This document shows positions 18,346 to 27,039 of a stretch of DNA of 64,000 nucleotides, piece by piece (position 1 is the first letter of the stretch; every line of letters starts with the position of its first letter). Below the pieces are notes generated by a model. It worked only from the letters and a program-made list of their open reading frames with translations, had not been told where the DNA came from and searched no databases. The stretch comes from a virus. The position numbers and the translations under genes were made by a program. Location of the stretch: IMG/VR virus record IMGVR_UViG_3300020185_000025, positions 24,998 to 88,997 of that record. One strand, written 5' to 3'.

Positions 18346-19091
18346 TAGTTATCCTTTGTATATTTTGTATAGTTATCCATTGAGTGGTCAGAAAGGCCGT
18401 CAAAAGGCTTTAATTGAATCCACGAAGTAGCAATTCCTCGTAGTTTATCTTTTAACTTTCTCCACCAAGCAAGGTTTTTGATAATCCCATTATAGTTAAA
18501 ATACATAACTTGGCCGTGATGTCGATAACCCATAAACCAAGGTGGTATAACAGTTACGAGGTCATTGTTATTTACAAAACGATAATGTTCAAGATCAGCA
18601 CACTCCTTTACGAATGCAGCATTACCAACTCTTGGTGATCCAAATGTATATAGAACGGGTTTGCGTTTAAGTAATCTCGAAGCAGCAATTGTTGCCATTG
18701 CTCCACCTAATGAATGACCGCATATAGAAATATGTTTTGTGGCATGCTTTGAAAGTACTTTCAGAACATCGTCCCAGATATCATCTATTTCGTTTTGGAA
18801 TCCATTATGTACCCAACCACCAACCTGAGCTTTATCAGGCCAAATGTTGAGATCTGCTTTAAGATCATTGAGTTCGGTAGGTTCTGTACCACGGCAGCAT
18901 AGAACAAACTCTTCTTTGTTCCATACACAATGAGCTTGTGCACCGTCATGGTCAATAAACTTATGACCGGTATAACCTAATTTTTTGAAGATAGGCTTTG
19001 CTGTTTTACCATCTTCGTAGGCAATCTTTGCCATTTCAGCGAATTTAATCGCCTCACTTTTTACATCACAAAATTGTACTTTCTGTTTCAT
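18345..19091 (-). CDS. class 3 lipase
   Basis: RGTE, VHNGF, GHSLGGA, YTFGSPRVG, NNNDLV, DHSM (Ser/Asp/His triad); AGGAG RBS before ATG 19091. Confidence 0.9.
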   Translation of the reverse strand: MKQKVQFCDVKSEAIKFAEMAKIAYEDGKTAKPIFKKLGYTGHKFIDHDGAQAHCVWNKEEFVLCCRGTEPTELNDLKADLNIWPDKAQVGGWVHNGFQNEIDDIWDDVLKVLSKHATKHISICGHSLGGAMATIAASRLLKRKPVLYTFGSPRVGNAAFVKECADLEHYRFVNNNDLVTVIPPWFMGYRHHGQVMYFNYNGIIKNLAWWRKLKDKLRGIATSWIQLKPFDGLSDHSMDNYTKYTKDN

Positions 19092-19131
19092 GTGGTCTCC
19101 TATTGAGATATATACAATTAAGTTCAACAAT

Positions 19132-19143
19132 TATTTATAAATA
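19132..19143. promoter_or_regulatory. palindromic back-to-back T4 late promoters
   Basis: TATTTATAAATA gives TATAAATA on both strands between divergent operons. Confidence 0.7.
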
Positions 19144-19181
19144 GTTTCATATACAATATGAATTAAACTGAGAGGTATACT

Positions 19182-19805
19182 ATGTCAAACAATCTAAAAG
19201 AATTAACTCGCCAACACCACGATAACGCAGAAAGAACAGAATTCGCAGAAATGCTACTATCGGGCAATATCAGCCCAAAACTATACCAAGAATATTTACA
19301 CGCGCAATTACAAAACTATATGGTTTTAGAATCAGCCGTTGAAGTGCCTATGGAATTAGAACCTATATTTAGGTCAACATCAATTGAAGAAGACTTACAA
19401 GAATTAGAAAACACGTTTGATCTTGAAGAAATTGAAGATAACTTCGAGTCAACATTAGAATATAATAAACATATACTAACTTTACTCGAGGAGGGTAATA
19501 ATGAAGGTCTTCTTGCTCATCTATATGTGCGTCATTTTGGAGATGCTCATGGCGGACAAATCATCAAAAGAAACGTACCTGGGTCGGGTCTTATGTATGA
19601 ATTCGAGAATAGAGCCGAACTTATTAAAAGCGTAAGAGAACTATTACACGACGGAATGGCTGACGAAGCAATGATTTGCTTTGAGTACGCAGAAAGATTA
19701 TTTCATGAACTCATGGAAAATTATAGAAACAACGCTGAGAACTACGAACCTGAAGATTATGCAAGAGCAAGAACAATGGATGCGTGGGACGAAGATGATA
19801 GTTGA
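19182..19805 (+). CDS. hemO: biliverdin-producing heme oxygenase
   Basis: LKELT..HHDNAE proximal His; LAHLYVRHFGD.HGGQII. Confidence 0.93.
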   Translation: MSNNLKELTRQHHDNAERTEFAEMLLSGNISPKLYQEYLHAQLQNYMVLESAVEVPMELEPIFRSTSIEEDLQELENTFDLEEIEDNFESTLEYNKHILTLLEEGNNEGLLAHLYVRHFGDAHGGQIIKRNVPGSGLMYEFENRAELIKSVRELLHDGMADEAMICFEYAERLFHELMENYRNNAENYEPEDYARARTMDAWDEDDS

Positions 19806-20496
19806 TTCGCCACTCTTTGACCAATTAAGAAAACTTGCTTCAACGTTAATTAACGATTTCGATTCAACGATGGAACGCGTTGAGAATAAGAAACACGTTG
19901 CTGATCTAAATGGATGGAAGGATTACTTCTGGCATAGTAAGGAAATTCGTAAAGCCCATCTTAAGACAATTGAACCTGTAGGTAAGAACAAGTTATGGTT
20001 AATGCATATCAATATCTTTCCGCGTGAAGGAGTTGATATACCTATCTTTGGTTTAGATATTGTTGCGAATCCAAAAAAGATTAGTGGTTGCTTTTGTGAC
20101 TACTCTCCAATTGATGAACTACAAAAACCCGACACTCATCCTTATATGATTAAGTTCAGAACAGCAACTGAAAATCTAGAATGGAAGAAAGAAAGAGTAA
20201 TGCCTGACTGGGCGTTAGAGATCTTTTCGGAAAACATTGTAGGTGCTGGTGCAATTCGCGATGGAGAAGAAACCGAACAGTTAATTAACATGGCTTTAGA
20301 ACTCTCAAGGTTCTACACAATGGAGATGGGCAATCCTCAATACAAAACTAGATGGATTAATACTCTCGAACGACAGAACAAGTATTGTGCAAAACAAAAG
20401 CTCAACCGAATGCTTCATAGTTCAATTTTGGCAATGGGAATTTCAGAGGAACGTAAGAATCAGTATGTAGAGAATGTCTTATTTGAAGAGATCTAG
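19795..20496 (+). CDS. pcyX: ferredoxin-dependent bilin reductase (PcyX/PcyA-like)
   Basis: RKAHL, MH.NIFP, PIFGLDIVA, DYSP, R.MPDWA..IFS, QNKYC..Q..N; overlaps hemO stop. Confidence 0.85.
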   Translation: MIVDSPLFDQLRKLASTLINDFDSTMERVENKKHVADLNGWKDYFWHSKEIRKAHLKTIEPVGKNKLWLMHINIFPREGVDIPIFGLDIVANPKKISGCFCDYSPIDELQKPDTHPYMIKFRTATENLEWKKERVMPDWALEIFSENIVGAGAIRDGEETEQLINMALELSRFYTMEMGNPQYKTRWINTLERQNKYCAKQKLNRMLHSSILAMGISEERKNQYVENVLFEEI

Positions 20497-20581
20497 CATA
20501 TAACGAAATGTAATATATTAGATAACTAAATATAATGGATATTTATTCTTATTTTCCCTTCAAGTTTGTATATATAATCGC

Positions 20582-20596
20582 GTTACCATTGGTAAC
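20582..20596. promoter_or_regulatory. perfect inverted repeat (possible operator)
   Basis: GTTACCA-T-TGGTAAC just downstream of a TATAAT. Confidence 0.4.
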
Positions 20597-20636
20597 ATGA
20601 CTATTAACCTTACGAATAATTCCTAGAAGGAGAGAA

Positions 20637-20783
20637 ATGACCACTTTGGCACTGAGAGCTGAAATCGAAAAATTGAAAAATAATGAGAAAGTCTGTAAGT
20701 TCTGCGAAATTACACAAGCCCTGTCTCTAATAACATTCCCTATCGTCCTACCGTTCTTTATCATCATGGCGTCATCTAATTAA
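20637..20783 (+). CDS. 48-aa CxxC plus TM peptide
   Basis: Not in track; AAGGAG RBS; MTTLALRAEIEKLKNNEKVCKFCEITQALSLITFPIVLPFFIIMASSN. Confidence 0.65.
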   Translation: MTTLALRAEIEKLKNNEKVCKFCEITQALSLITFPIVLPFFIIMASSN

Positions 20784-20796
20784 TTCAATAAATAGA

Positions 20797-20825
20797 TTGA
20801 CATCTGACTGAAAAATTGTTATAAT
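20797..20825 (+). promoter_or_regulatory. sigma70-type promoter followed directly by hairpin
   Basis: TTGACA-N17-TATAAT; hairpin 20828-20861. Confidence 0.8.
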
Positions 20826-20888
20826 AGATCTGTTCAATTCAATAATAAGAGTTGAACGGATTTATTTACACTAAACAAAAAATAACTA

Positions 20889-20917
20889 TTGACATATCAC
20901 GTTAACTAGTATATAAT
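20889..20917 (+). promoter_or_regulatory. sigma70-type promoter for gp33-gp59-gp32
   Basis: TTGACA-N17-TATAAT. Confidence 0.85.
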
Positions 20918-20928
20918 ACAAGGTATAC

Positions 20929-21204
20929 ATGACAAAAAAAGATTCTAAGGAAAACACTGATATGTCCGTTGTCGCTCTAACACCAGATAAAATACACCAC
21001 GAAATATCTCATCATATTTCAAAAGGAGTACCGTACATCGATGCTCTATGCCACTTCGCTGATAAGAATGGTATTGAAATTGAAACGATTGCACAAATCG
21101 TAAAGAAGAGTTCTGTACTGAAAGAAAAGATACGGACTGAAGCAGTTGACTTGAGAATGGTGAAAAAAGAAGATGAACAAGATATCACAGACTTTAGTAA
21201 GTGA
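20929..21204 (+). CDS. gp33 late-transcription coactivator
   Basis: YIDAL.HF..N.IEIE.....LKEKIR.EA..L; T4 33-59-32 order. Confidence 0.85.
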   Translation: MTKKDSKENTDMSVVALTPDKIHHEISHHISKGVPYIDALCHFADKNGIEIETIAQIVKKSSVLKEKIRTEAVDLRMVKKEDEQDITDFSK

Positions 21205-21778
21205 TGATTCGTTTAATACATACGTAAAATTTCTGGCATTAAAGAAACATTTTACAACGGACAATTACGATTACTTCAAATATAATGGAAAGGTACGAGC
21301 AAACTTTGATACCTTTATGTCGCGAAACGATGCATATTCGTTCGCAAAATTATCGAAAAAAGAGGACCCACAAGGTCTAATTTTGAGTAATCTTTTAATA
21401 AATAAAAACATCTGGGTTCGAGATTTACTCGACAGTGAAGGAGAAGCCAGATACACGAATTGGAGGAAGAGGGTAGAATCATTAGGTTATATCTTCAAAT
21501 CCGAGCTTGCTCATCTTAATGATGAATACAAGCGAAACTTTATATCAATAGATGGACAACATCCTTTGGTAATGACTCTGTTATTACAGAAGAAGATTAG
21601 TTTGGAAACATTTACTATTCTTTCTCATCAAGCGAATATATTTTCGTATTGGCAAGAAAAAGTAGTTGACAAACACGTATCTTTTGATATAATAAACAAA
21701 TCGCGAAAGTATAAACCCTTTCTCGATTTTGAGCCGAAGCGATTCCAAAAGTTAATTAAGGATCACTTTGGTATTTAA
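21173..21778 (+). CDS. gp59 helicase loader
   Basis: LALKKHF..NYDYFKYNGK, RNDAY.F.KL, ISLETF.IL. Confidence 0.92.
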   Translation: MNKISQTLVSDDSFNTYVKFLALKKHFTTDNYDYFKYNGKVRANFDTFMSRNDAYSFAKLSKKEDPQGLILSNLLINKNIWVRDLLDSEGEARYTNWRKRVESLGYIFKSELAHLNDEYKRNFISIDGQHPLVMTLLLQKKISLETFTILSHQANIFSYWQEKVVDKHVSFDIINKSRKYKPFLDFEPKRFQKLIKDHFGI

Positions 21779-21823
21779 TAAAATACTACGCAATATAACG
21801 CTATATATAAAGGAGAACTAATT

Positions 21824-22750
21824 ATGGCACTAACAGACTTTTCTTCACTCAAGAAGAACCGTTCGAAGACTCTCGACAAGTTGAATTCACAACTCGAAAA
21901 GATTTCTTCAAAATCATATCAAGACCCTAACGCAGGGAAATTCTGGAAACCTACAAGAGATAAGGCAGGAAATGGCTTCGCAGTCATTCGATTCCTACCA
22001 GCCTCTAAAGGTGAAGAGATGCCTTTCGTAAGGATTTGGGATCATGGATTCCAAGGTCCTACAGGTCTTTGGTATATCGAAAACTCTTTAACAACATTGA
22101 ACCAGGATGATCCTGTATCAGAGTTTAATTCTAAACTTTGGAACAGTGGTGTTGAGTCAGACAAGGAACAAGCACGTAAACAGAAGCGTAGGCTGAAGTA
22201 TACTGCTAATATTATTGTCGTTAAAGACCCAGCAAATCCTGAGAATGAAGGTAAAGTATTCATGTATCAGTTTGGTAAAAAGATCTTTGATAAGTTGAAT
22301 GATTTAATGAATCCAACTTTTGAAGATGAAGAACCAACCAATCCGTTTGATCTATGGGAAGGTGCAAACTTTCGTTTAAAGATCAGACAGTTTGAAGGTT
22401 ATCCAAACTACGATAAATCTGAATTTGATCCTGCGTCTCCATTGTCTGATGACGATGCTGAGTTGGAAAGAATTTGGGGAGAACAACATTCTCTACAGGA
22501 ATTGGTATCTGAAAGTAACTTCAAAACTTACACAGAACTGAAAACTAAATTGTATCGTGTACTTGATCTACAAAATGATGAACCGACTGCTTCTGCACCG
22601 GTAACTGAAACGGCTGACGAATTGGATTTATCCGATATGTCTAATGATACTTCTGAACCGGTTATGGCAACTGCCGAACCATCAGTAGGATCAACCGCAA
22701 GTGATGATGATGATGACCTTAGTATATTTAAGGAATTGGCACGTAGTTAA
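21824..22750 (+). CDS. gp32 ssDNA-binding protein
   Basis: FWKP..DKAGNGFAVIRFLP, WYIENSLTT, NPFD.WEGANF, acidic tail. Confidence 0.96.
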   Translation: MALTDFSSLKKNRSKTLDKLNSQLEKISSKSYQDPNAGKFWKPTRDKAGNGFAVIRFLPASKGEEMPFVRIWDHGFQGPTGLWYIENSLTTLNQDDPVSEFNSKLWNSGVESDKEQARKQKRRLKYTANIIVVKDPANPENEGKVFMYQFGKKIFDKLNDLMNPTFEDEEPTNPFDLWEGANFRLKIRQFEGYPNYDKSEFDPASPLSDDDAELERIWGEQHSLQELVSESNFKTYTELKTKLYRVLDLQNDEPTASAPVTETADELDLSDMSNDTSEPVMATAEPSVGSTASDDDDDLSIFKELARS

Positions 22751-22760
22751 ACAACTGTGG

Positions 22761-22785
22761 GGGACCTTCGGGTCCCTTATCTTTC
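22761..22785 (+). terminator. C(UUCG)G hairpin after gp32
   Basis: GGGACC-TTCG-GGTCCC then T-rich tail. Confidence 0.75.
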
Positions 22786-22797
22786 TAGGAGGACATT

Positions 22798-23082
22798 ATG
22801 TCTATTGAAAAAGAAACAACCATTCTCGATTTTGATTTTGGTTTTACAGCTGTGGACGCTGACGAACTAGAAGTAGTTCAACAAGCCAAAGAAGTTGCTA
22901 CAACTTCAAATGCTACCGCAGAATCTAATGCAGCCAAAGCGCAGTTATTATATGACGCAGTAGTTCCTTTAATAAACAACTTAAAAGCTAACCCTGAAAA
23001 GGATTACATCTATTGGCCAAACCGATATGAAAAACTCGATGCGTTCGCTGATAAGTTACATCAAATTCTAAGTGGAGAATAA
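22798..23082 (+). CDS. hypothetical protein
   Basis: AGGAGG RBS; DFDFGFTAVD..NLKANPEKDYIYWPNR. Confidence 0.8.
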   Translation: MSIEKETTILDFDFGFTAVDADELEVVQQAKEVATTSNATAESNAAKAQLLYDAVVPLINNLKANPEKDYIYWPNRYEKLDAFADKLHQILSGE

Positions 23083-23085
23083 AAT

Positions 23086-24150
23086 ATGAGTTTACTCGAT
23101 AAAATGTTGAAGGCAGGATCAGTAAAGCAGGCAGCTGCTCTAAATGATTCCGCTTTCTTTAAAGATAAGGATCCTATTCAAACAGAACTACCTATTGTAA
23201 ATATTGCATTTAGTGGTTCGTTGAAAGGTGGTCTTATCCCAGGTCTTACAGTTGTAGCAGGAGAATCAAAAAGTTTCAAAACTTTGCTCGGCTTATACTG
23301 TATGAAGGCTTATTTGAAAAAGTACCCGAAAGGTGTTGCTTTGTTATACGATTCTGAATATGGTATTACACCAGAGTATTTAGAATCTTTTGATATTGAT
23401 ACTAGTAGAGTACTTCATATTCCGATTGAAGATGTTGAACAATTAAAGTTTGATATTGTTGGTCGTTTAGACGAAGTATCTAAAGGTGACAACATAATGG
23501 TAATGATTGATTCAATTGGTAACCTTGCTTCAAAGAAAGAAGTTGAGGATGCATTGAATGAAAAATCAGTTGCTGATATGTCGAGAGCAAAAGCTCTTAA
23601 GTCATTGTTTAGAATTATTACGCCTAGACTAACTACAAAGGACATTCCTTGTATTGCGGTCAACCATACATATAAAGAAATTGGATTATTCCCAAAGAAT
23701 ATTATTTCAGGTGGTACAGGTATTTACTATTCTGCTAATCAGATCTTTATTATATCTAAGGCTCAAGAGAAAGATGGTACTGACCTCGCAGGTTGGAAGT
23801 TTACTATCAATATCGAAAAGTCAAGATATGTAAAAGAGAAAGCAAAATTACCGTTTAAGGTATTGTATGATTCAGGTATTCAAAAGAACAGTTCCTTAAT
23901 GGATCTTGCGATTGAATCCGGTCATATCCAAAAAGCTACACAAGGTTGGTATAATCTAACTGATCTTAGTACTGGTGAAATTATTGAACCGAAACGTAGA
24001 GGCAAGGATATTGAAGATGATAATGATTTCTTCAAAGAATTATGTCAAAACGATTCATTCAATACATTCGTAGAACGTAAATATAAACTTCAAAATGTGG
24101 AGGGAAACAATGCTCGAGAAGACAATCTTATCGAATCTGATTCTGAATGA
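23086..24150 (+). CDS. uvsX: UvsX RecA-like recombinase
   Basis: AGESKSFKT, YDSEYG, IDSIGNLASKKE, VNHTY, SGGTG. Confidence 0.95.
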   Translation: MSLLDKMLKAGSVKQAAALNDSAFFKDKDPIQTELPIVNIAFSGSLKGGLIPGLTVVAGESKSFKTLLGLYCMKAYLKKYPKGVALLYDSEYGITPEYLESFDIDTSRVLHIPIEDVEQLKFDIVGRLDEVSKGDNIMVMIDSIGNLASKKEVEDALNEKSVADMSRAKALKSLFRIITPRLTTKDIPCIAVNHTYKEIGLFPKNIISGGTGIYYSANQIFIISKAQEKDGTDLAGWKFTINIEKSRYVKEKAKLPFKVLYDSGIQKNSSLMDLAIESGHIQKATQGWYNLTDLSTGEIIEPKRRGKDIEDDNDFFKELCQNDSFNTFVERKYKLQNVEGNNAREDNLIESDSE

Positions 24151-25561
24151 GGACTTTTGCCGTAAGGTATTTCCATATTTAAAAGAAGATTACTTCGATG
24201 ATACTGTTCTTCGTAAAGTATTTGAAACGGCTTCTGAGTACCTTGAAAAGTACAAGGAGCCGCCTTCTCTTGAAGCTTTAAAGATTGCTGTTGATAAACG
24301 AAAGGATCTGAACGAAGATACGTATCAAGGTGTACATCAGTTAGTCGACAGTATGTCGGTTGATAAAGATACACAAATAGAATTTTTGATTGATGAAACT
24401 GAAAAGTTCTGTCAAGACAAAGATCTATATAATAGTATACGTAAATCAATTCTTATCCTTGATGGCCAGGAGTCAGAAACTGGTAAAGGAGAAATTCCAA
24501 AGCTGTTATCCGATTCGTTGGGTATCAGTTTTGATTCTTCTGTTGGTCATGACTTTCTTGAAGACGTTGATGATCGTTATGAACATTATCATCGCAAAGA
24601 AGAACGTATCCCTTTTGACATTGACATCTTAAACAAAATTACAAAAGGTGGCATACCTCGTAAATCTATGACTGTTCTGTTGGCAACGACAGGTGGTGGT
24701 AAGTCTTTACTTAAATGTCACATGGCAGCAAATCATTTGATGTATGGAAAGAATGTTCTGTATATTACAATGGAAATGGCTGCTGAAGAAATCGGTCGTC
24801 GTATTGACGCAAACATTATGGATATTACTCTCGACGAAGTTGCCGAAGTTCCTCGTGATGTATTTGAGAAACGCATAGCCCGATATAAAACAAAGACAAC
24901 TGGTAAACTTATTGTGAAGGAGTTCCCAACTGGTTCTGCTCATAGTGGTCACTTCCGACATTTATTGAATGAGTTGAAACTTAAAAAGAATTTTACTCCT
25001 GATGTTATCTTTCTCGATTACTTGAACATATGTTCATCAGCTCGAGTAAAAGGTGCGGCAGCTGCAAACAGTTATACCTTAGTCAAATCAATTGCAGAAG
25101 AAGTTCGTGGATTGGCAATGGAATATAATTGCGCAGTCGTTACGTCTTCTCAATACAACAGAGATGCGTATGGTAACTCTGACGTTGATCTAACAAATAC
25201 ATCTGAGTCAATGGGTATTACTCATACGGCTGACTGTATATTAGGTTTGGTCAGTTCTGAATATCTTGACGAAATGAATCAGTTGATGATTAAACAGTTG
25301 AAGAATCGTTGGGGAGACATCAGTTACTATCGTCGATTCCTTGTAGGTATTGAAAGAGCAAAGATGAAGATCTATGAACTCGAAGAATCTGCTCAAGATA
25401 ATATCAATCTCGAAGGTCCATCCGGAGGTGGTGGCCAACCAGGAAAAAAGAACTCATATGATGATGGCGGTCCTGTCTTTGATAAGACCGATATTGGTAT
25501 GAGACTAAATAAAAGAAAGCCTGGTGGTAAAAACATATTTGGAGATGTTGCTTTAACTTGA
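24110..25561 (+). CDS. gp41 replicative helicase
   Basis: ATTGGGKS, ITMEM, LDYLNIC, SES.G...TAD, KQLKNR. Confidence 0.95.
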   Translation: MLEKTILSNLILNEDFCRKVFPYLKEDYFDDTVLRKVFETASEYLEKYKEPPSLEALKIAVDKRKDLNEDTYQGVHQLVDSMSVDKDTQIEFLIDETEKFCQDKDLYNSIRKSILILDGQESETGKGEIPKLLSDSLGISFDSSVGHDFLEDVDDRYEHYHRKEERIPFDIDILNKITKGGIPRKSMTVLLATTGGGKSLLKCHMAANHLMYGKNVLYITMEMAAEEIGRRIDANIMDITLDEVAEVPRDVFEKRIARYKTKTTGKLIVKEFPTGSAHSGHFRHLLNELKLKKNFTPDVIFLDYLNICSSARVKGAAAANSYTLVKSIAEEVRGLAMEYNCAVVTSSQYNRDAYGNSDVDLTNTSESMGITHTADCILGLVSSEYLDEMNQLMIKQLKNRWGDISYYRRFLVGIERAKMKIYELEESAQDNINLEGPSGGGGQPGKKNSYDDGGPVFDKTDIGMRLNKRKPGGKNIFGDVALT

Positions 25562-25568
25562 GGTTCTG

Positions 25569-25576
25569 TATAAATA
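25569..25576 (+). promoter_or_regulatory. T4-type late promoter
   Basis: TATAAATA at head of the capsid-targeted protein cluster. Confidence 0.7.
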
Positions 25577-25611
25577 AACTCTAGATATATACTAATTTTT
25601 ATAGGGTTAAT

Positions 25612-27039
25612 ATGAAAGGCTTTAATACATTCATTACAGAAGCTAGTTTCTTAAAACCTGACTACGTTATAGGACATAAGATTGCTTATAACGGAAAAGG
25701 TTTTAAAGAACTCTCTGCGTTAGGCTACAATGCCGGCGATCATTTTGAAATCATATCTCCGACAAAGGCTGACTATACGTACGGAGATGGATCTGAAGAA
25801 AAATATTTAAAAGCTCCTAATGGTAAGGTTATTCATATCAAAGGATCTACTTCTTTTAAATCAAGTTCCTTCACTCATGTGAAAGCTTCAGGATCTCCAC
25901 CAACTGGTGCTGAATGGGAAGATGTAATTGTTTATGCCTACAATAAACTCAATAATAAAACAACAGATCCAGAAACAATTGCCGTAGCAGAAAAGTTTAG
26001 TAACTATATGGATGTTGCTGATAAAATCGCAAGTAACTTCAATAGTCAATTAAAAGCAAAACAATTAGTACAAACTGGTCGTGGTATGGGATCTATTAGT
26101 TTAGGACCTATATGGAAAGAAGTTGGTGCTAAGAATAAAACACCGAAGACCGATATTGCTTCCTCCGATTTCAAAGAAAAGATATCTTTAAAGAAAGCAG
26201 GCGGATCTCAACTTGCCTCACCAACCAAAGCAGAAGCTATCGCAATCGTTAAAGCCGCAATGGCAGAAATGGGCGAAGATAGAGGAATGGCAACTAAACT
26301 GGTTGAAACAATGGAAACAAATATGTCTTCTTTAGTTTCAAGGGTTGCTGCTGGTGAATTGCGAAAACAATCAAAGGCTGGTGTAAAAACTGATGCAGTG
26401 ATTGACTTCCAAGCAAAGGATAAAGGGAATAGAGAATTAACTAAAATGCTCGAAGGCCTTATTAATCAAGATACAGCAGTTAACGCTTTATTTAGTAAAC
26501 ATATTGTACTTGAAGCAGCAACTGGTAATCATAAATTTGGAAGCGCAGGTTCTCCTGCAGCGGCAAACCTTTTAGGTAAGTTTGATTTAAACGGCGGTAT
26601 TGAAGTTCAATCCATTAGTAATATTAAAGATCCAATTATTATTAAATATGCACAAACTGTTAAGCCTGTCGTTTCGTTTAAATCAGGTGGCGGTGGTGCT
26701 CCTGCGTATTCAGCATTACGTTTAGGTATTAAAGAATCAGAAACATTAAGAGGTATTGTATTATCTGAAATGGAACAACTTGATGGCTTAATGTTAACAG
26801 AAGACTTCCTATCAGAAGGTCCACTTGATATGCTAAAGAAAGCTGGTGATTGGGCAAGAGATAAAGGTACTGCTTTTGTAAATAAAGTTAAATCTGCCGT
26901 TTCTAAAGTTATTGCTAAAATAGGTGCAGTATTTAAAAAGATCGCAAAGATGGGTAAGAAAATGTTTGCTTCTTTAATGCAGTTTATGGGAGTCGAGATT
27001 AGATCAGCATCAGGTATACCAGGAAGTATTTCTTTATGA
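25612..27039 (+). CDS. putative PD-(D/E)xK-like nuclease with capsid-targeting N-terminus
   Basis: Starts MKGFNTFITE; E..(EWE)..PKTDI..ISLKK motif. Confidence 0.55.
   Translation: MKGFNTFITEASFLKPDYVIGHKIAYNGKGFKELSALGYNAGDHFEIISPTKADYTYGDGSEEKYLKAPNGKVIHIKGSTSFKSSSFTHVKASGSPPTGAEWEDVIVYAYNKLNNKTTDPETIAVAEKFSNYMDVADKIASNFNSQLKAKQLVQTGRGMGSISLGPIWKEVGAKNKTPKTDIASSDFKEKISLKKAGGSQLASPTKAEAIAIVKAAMAEMGEDRGMATKLVETMETNMSSLVSRVAAGELRKQSKAGVKTDAVIDFQAKDKGNRELTKMLEGLINQDTAVNALFSKHIVLEAATGNHKFGSAGSPAAANLLGKFDLNGGIEVQSISNIKDPIIIKYAQTVKPVVSFKSGGGGAPAYSALRLGIKESETLRGIVLSEMEQLDGLMLTEDFLSEGPLDMLKKAGDWARDKGTAFVNKVKSAVSKVIAKIGAVFKKIAKMGKKMFASLMQFMGVEIRSASGIPGSISL

Noticed and set aside
20549-20767. 72-aa minus-strand ORF
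   Set aside because: The plus-strand 20637-20783 ORF has a strong RBS and matches the operon direction
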